Of a DNA stretch of 60,261 nt, positions 8,668 through 17,426 are shown piece by piece. A model generated the notes under the pieces. It was not told the DNA's origin, did not search any database, and was given only the letters and a program-made list of their open reading frames with translations. Position numbers and translations under genes: made by a program. The first letter of the stretch is position 1; every line of letters begins with the position of its first letter. Source of the stretch: an uncultured Lentisphaeraceae bacterium (lineage in GTDB: Bacteria > Verrucomicrobiota > Kiritimatiellia > RFP12 > UBA1067); NCBI GenBank assembly GCA_964650165.1, contig CAZYQF010000001.1, positions 1-60,261 of the forward strand, written 5' to 3'.

Positions 8668-9450
8668 GTGACGTTCCGGTTCACAGGCACGGGGACGAGC
8701 GTCGGGGTCCCGCAGATCGGCTGTTCGTGCAAGGTGTGCACGTCCGCGGATCCGCGTGACCGGCGCAACCGCTGCGGCGCCTACGTGACGGCCGCCGACG
8801 GCACCTCCTTCCTGATCGACACGCCGCCGGAGATGCGGCTGGCGTGCCTGGCCTATGGAATCGGAAAGGTCGATTCCGTCGTTCTCACCCACGCTCACAT
8901 GGACCATGTCGCGGGCTTTGACGATGTCCGCCGCTTCAACACGATCAACGGCAACACCTGCATGACCTGCCATGCGATGGCGGAGACCGTCGAGCAGATG
9001 CACGGGATATTCCCGTACGTCGGCAAGGACGGCAGCGCGGATGGACTTTTCCGCCCGAAGATCGAATTCGACAGTTCTGACGCGTTTGTCCTCGGCTCCG
9101 TGAACATCTCCCGCCTCCGCATCGAGCACGGTTTTCCGTGCTGCGGTTACCTGATGGAGGAGTCGGGACGGCGGATTGCCTATCTGTCCGACTGCCATGT
9201 CATTCCGGACGAGACGATCGAGATGATCCGGGGCGTGGACGTGATGGTGCTCGATTGCCTTCGGGAACGGGAGCATCCGACTCATCTGACGCTGGGACGG
9301 GCCATGAGGTACCTGGAACGGATTCAGCCGGGAAGGGCTTACCTCATTCACATGTGCCACGACTTCACGCACGAGGAGTGGCTTTCGAAGCTCGTCGGCA
9401 CGAATGTCGAGCCGGCCTACGACGGACTTGAGATCAGCTGTCAGCAGTAA
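8668..9450 (+). CDS. MBL-fold metallo-hydrolase (PhnP-like)
   Basis: 260 aa. N-terminal FTGTGTSVGVPQIGCSCKVC and THAHMDH (HxHxDH) motif. GTG start directly after the upstream TAA. Confidence 0.7.
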   Translation: MTFRFTGTGTSVGVPQIGCSCKVCTSADPRDRRNRCGAYVTAADGTSFLIDTPPEMRLACLAYGIGKVDSVVLTHAHMDHVAGFDDVRRFNTINGNTCMTCHAMAETVEQMHGIFPYVGKDGSADGLFRPKIEFDSSDAFVLGSVNISRLRIEHGFPCCGYLMEESGRRIAYLSDCHVIPDETIEMIRGVDVMVLDCLREREHPTHLTLGRAMRYLERIQPGRAYLIHMCHDFTHEEWLSKLVGTNVEPAYDGLEISCQQ

Positions 9451-9480
9451 GTCAGGTATGGAAAATACGAAGGGGAAGTT

Positions 9481-10320
9481 ATGAAGTTCAAAATCGCCGC
9501 ACTTGTTCCTTTTTCACTTTTCCTTCTTCCTTTTGTCGCTCGGGCCTCCACGGCGGACATTACCGTCGACCTGAAGCTGGACAACATCGACTATGTGTCC
9601 GGCGAGCGCGTCCGCGCGGTCGTCGATATCGCCAACGCGTCGCCCGGCAAGGTCAGTTACGGCTATTCGAATTCGGACGACTCGTTTTTTGTCGAGCTGT
9701 TCCGGTCCAACGGCATGCTGCAGATGGAGCAGATTTCAACCGGACTGTTCGTTTCGCCGTTCCGGATCGAATCCAACGAGGGGCAGAAGCTGGAGACGTT
9801 CTTGGGTGACCATTACGGATTGCGCGATGTCGGCAAGTATCTGGCCCGGCCGGTCCTGGTCCATGGCGGCAAGCGATACGAAGGTTCGCTGCGGGCGTTT
9901 TCCGTGGTGCCGGGCATGACTGTCGCGACGGCTTTGCAGATGTTCAAGAACCGCGACGGGCTCCGGCGGGAGTTCGAGTTGCGCAGCTGGAGCCGGAAGA
10001 ACAAGAACCACTTGTTTCTCTGTGCCCGTGACGAGGGCACGAGCGAGCGCAAATGGGAGACGACGGATCTCGGTCCGATGATGAACATCTTCAAGCCGAC
10101 GGTCACCGTGCTGCCCGGAGGTGAGATCATCGTCCTCCATCGCTACAACCGTGACAACTACTTGCGGACGGAGTTCTGGAGCCTGCCCGACGCAATGGAA
10201 TTTCAGAAACGCGAAACGGTGCAGGATCCGGAAACGGCCGGCTCCCGCCGTGTCCAGGAACTCTACAAGGAGTCTGGGGGCGTCAAGCCCAAGATCAGGC
10301 CTTGGTATCAGTTCTGGTGA
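9481..10320 (+). CDS. Hypothetical secreted protein
   Basis: 279 aa. Signal-peptide-like N-terminus (MKFKIAALVPFSLFLLPFVARAST). GAAGGGGAAG SD. GC3-rich codons. No motif I recognise. Confidence 0.55.
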   Translation: MKFKIAALVPFSLFLLPFVARASTADITVDLKLDNIDYVSGERVRAVVDIANASPGKVSYGYSNSDDSFFVELFRSNGMLQMEQISTGLFVSPFRIESNEGQKLETFLGDHYGLRDVGKYLARPVLVHGGKRYEGSLRAFSVVPGMTVATALQMFKNRDGLRREFELRSWSRKNKNHLFLCARDEGTSERKWETTDLGPMMNIFKPTVTVLPGGEIIVLHRYNRDNYLRTEFWSLPDAMEFQKRETVQDPETAGSRRVQELYKESGGVKPKIRPWYQFW

Positions 10321-10355
10321 AGAGGTCAGGTTTTAGAGTTTAGAAGGTCTTTGAA

Positions 10356-11471
10356 GTGAATATCCTGGGCATTGAAACCAGTTGCGACGAGACTGCCGCG
10401 GCGGTGGTCAGGGACGGACACGAGGTTCTCTCGAATGTCGTCTACACGCAGATTCCGCTTCATCAGCCGTATGGCGGCGTCGTTCCGGAGATCGCCTCGC
10501 GCGCCCATGTCGAGAAGATCTCCCAGGTCGTCGGCGACGCGATGAAGGGCCACGCGGTCGACGCCGTTGCCGTGACCTACGGACCGGGACTCTCGCCGGC
10601 GCTCATTGTCGGCCTCAACGCCGCCAAGGGCGTCGCGAAGTCGCTGGGCGTGCCCCTGATCGCCATCAACCACATCGAAGCTCACCTGCATTCTCCTTTT
10701 CTCCTGGATGCCGGAGAGAAGGAATCTCAGATTTCAGATTTCAGGTCGTTTGACCCGAGGTCGGCCATGCCGGCGCTGGGATTGGTCATTTCGGGCGGCA
10801 ACACGCTCTGGGTCGACATGCCCGAATACGGACGGTACGAGGTCCTTGGCGAGACGCTTGACGATGCGGCGGGGGAGGCCTTTGACAAGGCGGCGAAGCT
10901 TCTGGGTCTCGGTTATCCGGGCGGGCTCAAGATCGACCGCATCTCAAAGGCCTGGCGCGAGCGCGCGGATCGCGGAGATTTCATTCCGTTTCCGAAGGGT
11001 CGTCCGCGGGACGGCGTCACGGCGCTCGCGGGGCTTCCGGCGGATCTTTGCGTTTCGTTTTCCGGACTCAAGACCGCCTTGCTCCGCTATGTGCAGCAGC
11101 ATCCGGAATTGACTGAAAAAAGTGAAAATGTTCAGGATTTCGGAGGTTATATGGTCTCTCCTGAGATCGCGCAAGTCGTTGCCAGCTATCAGGAGTCCAT
11201 CGTTCTGGCGATTGCCGACCGTACGCGGCGGGCGCTTCGGCGCGGCACGTACAAGGCGTTGATCCTCGGCGGGGGCGTTTCACTCAACAGTCGTGCGAGA
11301 GAGGCTCTCTCCGAGGTCTGTGCGCAGGAGCAGGTGACGTTCCTCATGGCCAAGCCGAAGTACACCGGCGACAATGGCGCGATGATCGCGGGACTGGCGT
11401 TTTACCGCCGCAACCTCATCGGAGAGACGGCCATGAGAATTGACGTTTCTCCCTCGCTCGAAGTGGGTTGA
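10356..11471 (+). CDS. tsaD: tRNA N6-adenosine threonylcarbamoyltransferase
   Basis: MNILGIETSCDETAAAVV, NHIEAHL metal motif, DDAAGEAFDKAAKLLGLGYPGG. GTG start. Has a ~15-aa insertion after HIEAHL (see findings). Confidence 0.9.
   Translation: MNILGIETSCDETAAAVVRDGHEVLSNVVYTQIPLHQPYGGVVPEIASRAHVEKISQVVGDAMKGHAVDAVAVTYGPGLSPALIVGLNAAKGVAKSLGVPLIAINHIEAHLHSPFLLDAGEKESQISDFRSFDPRSAMPALGLVISGGNTLWVDMPEYGRYEVLGETLDDAAGEAFDKAAKLLGLGYPGGLKIDRISKAWRERADRGDFIPFPKGRPRDGVTALAGLPADLCVSFSGLKTALLRYVQQHPELTEKSENVQDFGGYMVSPEIAQVVASYQESIVLAIADRTRRALRRGTYKALILGGGVSLNSRAREALSEVCAQEQVTFLMAKPKYTGDNGAMIAGLAFYRRNLIGETAMRIDVSPSLEVG
10721..10753 (+). repeat. Dispersed short repeat, copy A (inside the tsaD coding sequence)
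   Basis: GGAATCTCAGATTTCAGATTTCAGGTCGTTTGA. 29 of 31 core positions match the reverse complement of 47953-47984. Confidence 0.75.
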
Positions 11472-11473
11472 TT

Positions 11474-11482
11474 TGATATAAT
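11474..11482 (+). promoter_or_regulatory. Extended -10 box TGATATAAT, 5 nt from GTG 11488 and 8 nt from ATG 11491
   Basis: Exact TGnTATAAT, 3 nt after the tsaD stop. No SD. Confidence 0.55.
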
Positions 11483-11490
11483 ACCCCGTG

Positions 11491-12951
11491 ATGAAAAGAT
11501 ACTGGCTGCTGGCGGCTTTCGGGTGCGCCGTTCTTGCCTTTGCCGCGGTTTGGCTCGGAGGCCTCAATCAAGACGAGGGATGGTATCTTTATGCCGCAAA
11601 GATGGTGTCCGAGGGAAAGGTCCTCTATCGGGATTTCTTCTACACCCAGGCGCCGGTCATGCCGATCGTCTATTCGGCGTTCGTTTCCGTCTGGGACGGG
11701 TTCGGAATCCTCGGCGCGCGCATCCTGACGCTGGCGATCGGACTCCTCGGCATCGTCTATTTCACGGCGCTCGCCCGTCGGCTTGCGCCGGAGGGCAAGG
11801 GCAACCTGGCGGCGCTGATCGTCTTTCTCCTGCTCGGTTCCAACCTCTACCATCTCTATTACATTGCGATTCCCAAGACCTATGCCCTGGCCTCGCTCTT
11901 CGTGGCGATCGGGTTCTACCTGATGTCCCTCGCGTCGGACGCCGGGCGTCGGACGGCCCCGTTCCTGTGGGCGGCGGCGGGCGCTGCGCTCGCTTTCGCC
12001 TCCGGCACGCGCATCAGTCTCGGCGCGATCCTGGCGGTTGTCGGCTTCGGGTTGCTGTTCCGCTTCCGCACGTATCGCTGGGGTTTCCTGTGGTTCGGCC
12101 TCGGCGGCGTCCTCGGGCTTCTCGCCGCGTACGGATTCTTTGTCTGCGATCCCGTGGCGCGCGACGGACTCATCGTCGCCCAGAAATACCATGCCGCCCG
12201 CGGCGGATTCGACATCGTCTGGACGGTCGGATCGTTTTCGCGCCTTGTCCGCTGGTACCTGCCGGTCTTCATTCTGCTCGGGCTCGGGCAGTTTCGCCGG
12301 GCGCCGTTCCTGGGCTTGTCCTTCGCGGCGGTGTTCGCGGTCCAGATGCTGGCGCCGTTTCCCTACGAGGACTACCAGGTTCCGGTGATGGGACTTCTCG
12401 CGGTCTATGCCGCCGTCAACTTCATCCCCGAATCCGACGAGCGTCCTGCGGCGCGCCGGGCGCTTGTGACGCTGGGCCTCGCGTGGGCTTGTGCCTTCGG
12501 ATGCCCTCTCCTCGAGGAGTGGACCACCAACGGGCATGACCGGTTCTGGACGCTCAAGAAGGCCTCGTGCGAACTCGCCCAGCTCCAGGAGGTCGCGACC
12601 GCCATCAATGCCGAGGATCCCGGCGGCAAGATGCTGCTGACGCAGGACCTGTACCTTGCGATCGAGACGGGACGAAAGGTTCCGGAAGGGCTTGAGATGG
12701 GTCCGTTCAGCATGAAAACGGACGCCGAGTGGCGGGAGTTCCTGGCTTCCGCTCCCTGCGAGATTGCGGCGCTGTCGGGCTACTCTTTTGCCGTCGACCC
12801 TCCCCGGTGCGACGAACGCCCGGTGAAGACGCAGGTCGAGTACTGGGAAATCCTGAAGAAGCGCTACGACCTCGTGATGAAGGAAGACGCCTTCGGGCAG
12901 AATGCGACGACGCTTCTCGTCCTGCGGCGCAAGAACGGGGAGGAAAGGTGA
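11491..12951 (+). CDS. GT-C fold membrane glycosyltransferase (family 39/83-like, ArnT/PMT type)
   Basis: About 330 aa of multi-TM N-terminus with a DEGWY first-loop motif, plus a soluble C-terminal domain. Start could be GTG 11488 or ATG 11491. Stop overlaps the dxs GTG (GTGA). Confidence 0.6.
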   Translation: MKRYWLLAAFGCAVLAFAAVWLGGLNQDEGWYLYAAKMVSEGKVLYRDFFYTQAPVMPIVYSAFVSVWDGFGILGARILTLAIGLLGIVYFTALARRLAPEGKGNLAALIVFLLLGSNLYHLYYIAIPKTYALASLFVAIGFYLMSLASDAGRRTAPFLWAAAGAALAFASGTRISLGAILAVVGFGLLFRFRTYRWGFLWFGLGGVLGLLAAYGFFVCDPVARDGLIVAQKYHAARGGFDIVWTVGSFSRLVRWYLPVFILLGLGQFRRAPFLGLSFAAVFAVQMLAPFPYEDYQVPVMGLLAVYAAVNFIPESDERPAARRALVTLGLAWACAFGCPLLEEWTTNGHDRFWTLKKASCELAQLQEVATAINAEDPGGKMLLTQDLYLAIETGRKVPEGLEMGPFSMKTDAEWREFLASAPCEIAALSGYSFAVDPPRCDERPVKTQVEYWEILKKRYDLVMKEDAFGQNATTLLVLRRKNGEER

Positions 12952-14669
12952 CCGCGGTCGAGATCAGAAATCGGATTCTCGAAGCCGTCTCGGCGAACGG
13001 CGGGCATCTCGCCTCGTCCCTCGGCGCGGTCGAGATCGCGATGACGCTCCGGAAGGTGTTCGATCCCGCGCGCGACCGCATTGTCTGGGATGTGGGACAT
13101 CAGGCGTATGCCTGGAAGATCCTGACCGGACGCGATGCCGCGCTGGGCACGCTGCGGACGCTCGGCGGGATCTCCGGCTTTCCCAATCCGCGGGAATCGG
13201 CGTGCGATGCCGCGGTTGCCGGCCACGCCGGCGTGGCGCTTTCGGTCGCCGAGGGATTCGCCGCGGCGCGCGACCGCAAGGGAACGGACGAGCACGCGGT
13301 GGCGGTGGTCGGCGACGCGTCGATCGTGAACGGCACCAGTTTCGAGGCCCTCAACAACTGCGTCGGCGCCACAAGGAAGGTCATCGTCATCCTCAACGAC
13401 AACGGCATGTCGATCTCCAAGCCGACCGGCAGCTTCTCGAAGCTGCTCGGCAAGCTGATCACGGGCATCCGCTACAACCGCGTCAAGGCCGCGGCGGAAA
13501 GGACGGGCCACGCGCTCCGGCTCACCTTCCTGCGCGGAATCTACCACAAGATCGAGAGACAGCTGAAGTCGTGGTTTCTCGGGAACGCCTATTTCGAGCA
13601 GTTCGGCCTCCGTTACATCGGTCCGATCGACGGTCACGACCTTCGCGCCCTCGAGGCCGCGTTCATTGTCGCCAAGGAGGACAAGCGCTCGGTGCTGGTA
13701 CATGTCGTCACCAGAAAGGGACACGGATACGCACCGGCAGAGAAAAATCCGACCGGGTGGCACGGCGTCGGGCCCTTCGAGTACCCGCCCTCGTTGGACG
13801 GCGCCCGCCTCAAGCCGCGTCCGGCCGTCGGCAGGAGCTGGTCGGAAGTGTTCGGCGACGGACTGGTGTCCCTTGCTGCAGCCGACAGCCGGGTGGTGGC
13901 GCTCACGGCGGGCATGAAGGACGGAACGGGGCTTGAGAAGTTCGCGAAGACGTTCCCGGAACGCTTCTACGACGTCGGCATCGCCGAGGAGCACATGGTC
14001 GCCTTTGCGGCGGGACTCGCGGGCGGCGGAATGCGTCCGGTCATTGCGGTCTATTCGACGTTCCTGCAGCGCGCCGTCGACCAGGTCATGCACGATGTCG
14101 CGATCTCCGGGCTGCCGGTCGTCTTCTGCGTCGACCGGGCCGGCGTGGTCGGCGCCGACGGCGTGACGCATCAGGGTCTCTACGACATCGCGATGCTCAG
14201 GTGCCTCCCGAATCTCACGATCTGCCAGCCAAAGGACGCCGAGGACTTTCGATTGCTCCTCGAAGAGGCGCTTGGGCGCAAGGGCCCGACGGTCATTCGG
14301 TATCCGCGCGGCACGTGTCCGGACTTCGCGCCGGAGCCGCTGCCGCCGTCCGATCCGAAGCTCGCGATCTGGTGCACCGGCGACTGGTACGGGAAGGCGT
14401 GTGCGGTTGCCGAACGGACGGGTGGCGTGGCGGTGCACGCGCGGTATCTGAAGCCGTTCGACGCTCCGCTTCTCGCGCGCCAGCGCGCGTCGGGCATGCG
14501 AATCGTCAGCCTGGAGAACGGATGCGTCGCGGGCGGACTCGGCGAGGCAATCGGCGCGGACGTCAAATTCGGGTGGCCGGACGAGTTCATTCCGCATGGC
14601 ACGTCGTCCGAACTCGAGCGCACGTACGGTCTTGACGTCGATTCGCTAGTGGAGAAACTCAATGGCTGA
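12948..14669 (+). CDS. dxs: 1-deoxy-D-xylulose-5-phosphate synthase
   Basis: GGHLASSLGAVEIAMTL, GHQAYAWKILTGR, ADGVTHQGLYDIAML. The listed 12729 start is an out-of-context extension. GTG 12948 overlaps the upstream stop. Confidence 0.9.
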   Translation: MTAVEIRNRILEAVSANGGHLASSLGAVEIAMTLRKVFDPARDRIVWDVGHQAYAWKILTGRDAALGTLRTLGGISGFPNPRESACDAAVAGHAGVALSVAEGFAAARDRKGTDEHAVAVVGDASIVNGTSFEALNNCVGATRKVIVILNDNGMSISKPTGSFSKLLGKLITGIRYNRVKAAAERTGHALRLTFLRGIYHKIERQLKSWFLGNAYFEQFGLRYIGPIDGHDLRALEAAFIVAKEDKRSVLVHVVTRKGHGYAPAEKNPTGWHGVGPFEYPPSLDGARLKPRPAVGRSWSEVFGDGLVSLAAADSRVVALTAGMKDGTGLEKFAKTFPERFYDVGIAEEHMVAFAAGLAGGGMRPVIAVYSTFLQRAVDQVMHDVAISGLPVVFCVDRAGVVGADGVTHQGLYDIAMLRCLPNLTICQPKDAEDFRLLLEEALGRKGPTVIRYPRGTCPDFAPEPLPPSDPKLAIWCTGDWYGKACAVAERTGGVAVHARYLKPFDAPLLARQRASGMRIVSLENGCVAGGLGEAIGADVKFGWPDEFIPHGTSSELERTYGLDVDSLVEKLNG

Positions 14670-15339
14670 AGTTCACGGGGTGGCGGGCGAATGGGCCCGG
14701 GTCAAGGGAACGGTCGCGGGATTGTGGCCGCTCTTCTTCGGCGTATTCGCCGCGGGCGTCTCGACGGCGGCCGTCTTCCTCGGGGATGTGCTCTGGGGCG
14801 CGGCGCTGCTGGCCGCGTCTCTCGGGTTCTGCGGATGGAGCCTCATGAAGGGTCTCCGTCACGTCGAGAGATTCTACAAAGGCGCCCAGGGAGAGGAGCG
14901 GGTGTCGGCGATCCTCAAGAGCCTGCCGGACGCCTATCACGTCTTCAACGACTTCGTCGCCTGCGGCAAGCACGTGGACCATGTGGTGGTCGGACCCGCG
15001 GGCGTGTTCGCCGTCGAGACGAAATACTGGAAGGGCGCCGTCACGGTCGAGGACGGACACATCCTCCTGGACGGACAGCTCCCGGACCGCTCGCCGCTCG
15101 CGCAGGCGGTGCGCGAGGCGCGGCTGGTGAAGTCCGCCCTGTCGGCCGCCGGCTGGCAGGGGAACGTCACCCCGGTGCTGGCGTTCGCCTCCGACACGTT
15201 CAAGCAGCACATTGCCGAACTTCAGGGCGCGGTGGTGATCAATTCCTGCGAACTCGCCGGAAGCTTCGCGACGGGGCGGACGGTCATTCCTCCCGCGGAG
15301 CTGGACCGGCTCGTCATCCTCATGGAGAGCTTCTCGTGA
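14662..15339 (+). CDS. Membrane-anchored NERD (nuclease-related domain) protein
   Basis: Two N-terminal hydrophobic helices, then GAQGEERVSAILKSLPDAYHVFNDF...HVDHVVVGPAGVFAVETKYWKG, typical of NERD. Overlaps dxs by 8 nt and prc by 4 nt. Confidence 0.65.
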   Translation: MAEVHGVAGEWARVKGTVAGLWPLFFGVFAAGVSTAAVFLGDVLWGAALLAASLGFCGWSLMKGLRHVERFYKGAQGEERVSAILKSLPDAYHVFNDFVACGKHVDHVVVGPAGVFAVETKYWKGAVTVEDGHILLDGQLPDRSPLAQAVREARLVKSALSAAGWQGNVTPVLAFASDTFKQHIAELQGAVVINSCELAGSFATGRTVIPPAELDRLVILMESFS

Positions 15340-17426
15340 AAAAAGCGTTCCCGATCCTCATTTGCGCGCTGGCGCTTGCGCCGGCGGTCTTCGCGGAAAC
15401 GCCGGCTTCCGCGTTCGCTCCGCAGGCGTATTACGGCAAGATCGCGAAGCGCCTCGGGGACATGCTTCCCAGGTTCCACGTCCTGCAGCATCCGATGGAC
15501 GACTCTGTCTCGAAGAAGGCGTGGACCAATCTCGTGACGTTCTACGACTACGACCACTCGGTTTTCCTCCAGTCCGACCTCGACGCGTTCGCCGTGCGTG
15601 CGAACGCCCTCGACGACGAGCTCCGGGACTGCAACGTCAGCTTCGGTTACGATGTCTACCGCCTCTACTGCCAGCGGCTCCGCGAGCGAATCGACTACGT
15701 GACGAATCTTCTTGCGACCGCACAGTGGGATTTCTCAACGAACGAGACCTACCGTGTGAAACGCAAGGACGCGCCGTGGCCGGCGACGAGGGCGGAGGCC
15801 GAGAACTACTGGCGCTGCCGTCTCAAGAACGAGGTGCTCGTGCAGCTTCTGAATGCCGAACTCGACAAGTCGACGAACGCGGTCGATGCCGCGGGCAACC
15901 TGGTCAAGCGCTATCGGCAGTACTATGCGGTGCTGACGGAGCCGGACGAGGAGACGGTCCTGCAGCATTACCTCTCGGCGGTCGCGATGGCGTACGATCC
16001 GCATTCCGACTACATGTCTCCCGCGTCGAAGGAGGACTTCGACATGGAGATGAACCTTTCGCTCTGCGGCGTCGGCGCGGTGCTGCAGATGGACGACGGG
16101 GCGCTCAAGATCGCCGAAGTGATGCCGGGCGGACCGATGGCTGTCGACGGCCGGATCCGCGAAGGCGACAAGATCGTCGGCGTGCGGCAGGGCGACGGCG
16201 AGATGGAAGACATCATGTGGAAGCCGATGAAGAAGTCCATCAAGAAGATCCGCGGAGAGAAAGGCACCCGCGTGACGCTCGAGATCGTTCCCCGGTCCGA
16301 TTTGACCGGCGTCGAGCGCAAGCGCATCGAGCTTGTCCGCGACGAGATCAAGCTCGAGGACCAGGCGGCGACCGGCCGCGTCGAGACGGTCTGTCTCGGG
16401 GGCTTGACCAACCGCGTCGGCTACGTCTATCTCCCGGCCTTCTACGGCACGATGGACAAGCGCCCGCAGGACGAGGGATTCCGCAGCTGCGCCGTCGACG
16501 TCGCGAAGTATCTCGCCGACTTCAACGCGCAGGCCGTGGACGGACTCGTGCTCGACCTCCGCGGCGACGGCGGCGGAAGCCTCCGCGAGGCGGTCCTGCT
16601 GTCGGCGCTGTTCGTGCCGGACGGTCCGGTCGTGCAGATCCGCGACAACCGGGCGGTCGGCAGCCTCACCATTCCGCCGGACAATCCGGTTGCCTTCCGA
16701 AAGCCGATGGTGGTGCTGACGGACCGTGCGAGCGCCTCCGCCTCCGAGATCGTCGCCGGACATCTCCAGGACACCGGCCGTGCCGTGGTGCTCGGCGACC
16801 GCCGCACTCATGGCAAGGGCACCGTGCAGTCCGTCATGGGCATGGGTCCCGAGAAGTACGGGTCGGTCAAGATCACCACCGCCCGCTTCTACCGCATCAA
16901 CGGCCGTTCGACGCAGATCGAGGGCGTCGCGGCGGACATCCGCCTTCCCTCGCTTCTCGATTCCCTGGACATCGGCGAAGACAAGCTTGCGAACGCGCTG
17001 CCGTTCAGCAGCATCCTGCCCGCGGACTATGCGAAGTGCTGGAACATGGACGAGTACGTGCCCGAGCTGAAGCGGCTGGCCGAGGCCCGGCTTGCCGCGG
17101 ACGAGCGCTATCTTAAGCACCTTGAGAACGTCGAGGGATTCAAGCGCATCGGCGATCGTGTCGAGGTTTCGCTCGAGCGCGAGGCCCGCAAGGCGCAGAT
17201 GGCGGCCGACCGGGAATACCGCGAGCTTGACGAGGATGACGGGGAGGGCGGAGAAGATGCCGCACCGACCCGCCGCAGGCGCAACGCGCGTGCGCAGGAC
17301 GATGTCGTTCTTGACGCGGCATTCGACGTTCTCTCAGACCTCATCCGGCTGAATGCGGGCGCGGAGCAACCGCGCGTCCAGCGGAGCAGCGGCTGGTATG
17401 ACGCGGTCTTGGGAGGACGGTTCTGA
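15336..17426 (+). CDS. prc: Tail-specific (C-terminal processing) protease, S41 family
   Basis: Signal peptide VKKAFPILICALALAPAVFA, PDZ region, TDRASASASEI catalytic Ser motif and THGKGTVQ Lys motif. GTG 15336; the listed 14691 start is a frame-shadow extension. Confidence 0.85.
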   Translation: MKKAFPILICALALAPAVFAETPASAFAPQAYYGKIAKRLGDMLPRFHVLQHPMDDSVSKKAWTNLVTFYDYDHSVFLQSDLDAFAVRANALDDELRDCNVSFGYDVYRLYCQRLRERIDYVTNLLATAQWDFSTNETYRVKRKDAPWPATRAEAENYWRCRLKNEVLVQLLNAELDKSTNAVDAAGNLVKRYRQYYAVLTEPDEETVLQHYLSAVAMAYDPHSDYMSPASKEDFDMEMNLSLCGVGAVLQMDDGALKIAEVMPGGPMAVDGRIREGDKIVGVRQGDGEMEDIMWKPMKKSIKKIRGEKGTRVTLEIVPRSDLTGVERKRIELVRDEIKLEDQAATGRVETVCLGGLTNRVGYVYLPAFYGTMDKRPQDEGFRSCAVDVAKYLADFNAQAVDGLVLDLRGDGGGSLREAVLLSALFVPDGPVVQIRDNRAVGSLTIPPDNPVAFRKPMVVLTDRASASASEIVAGHLQDTGRAVVLGDRRTHGKGTVQSVMGMGPEKYGSVKITTARFYRINGRSTQIEGVAADIRLPSLLDSLDIGEDKLANALPFSSILPADYAKCWNMDEYVPELKRLAEARLAADERYLKHLENVEGFKRIGDRVEVSLEREARKAQMAADREYRELDEDDGEGGEDAAPTRRRRNARAQDDVVLDAAFDVLSDLIRLNAGAEQPRVQRSSGWYDAVLGGRF

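Noticed and set aside
14691-15335. Long N-terminal extensions and alternative-frame + strand ORFs (14691 for prc, 12729 for dxs, 5730 for the FkbH-like gene, 37687 for pfp, 22309 for the acyltransferase, 45251 for gatC).
   Set aside because: The extensions overlap the well-supported upstream genes in another frame and are Arg/Pro/Gly-rich. Family-typical N-termini and start codons overlapping the upstream stop give the shorter models used here.
14662-15339. The NERD protein as a marker of a defence island.
   Set aside because: It is a single gene with no ATPase, methylase, toxin or mobile-element partner, and it is embedded by overlaps in a housekeeping chain (dxs, prc, dapF). I kept it only as a context oddity.
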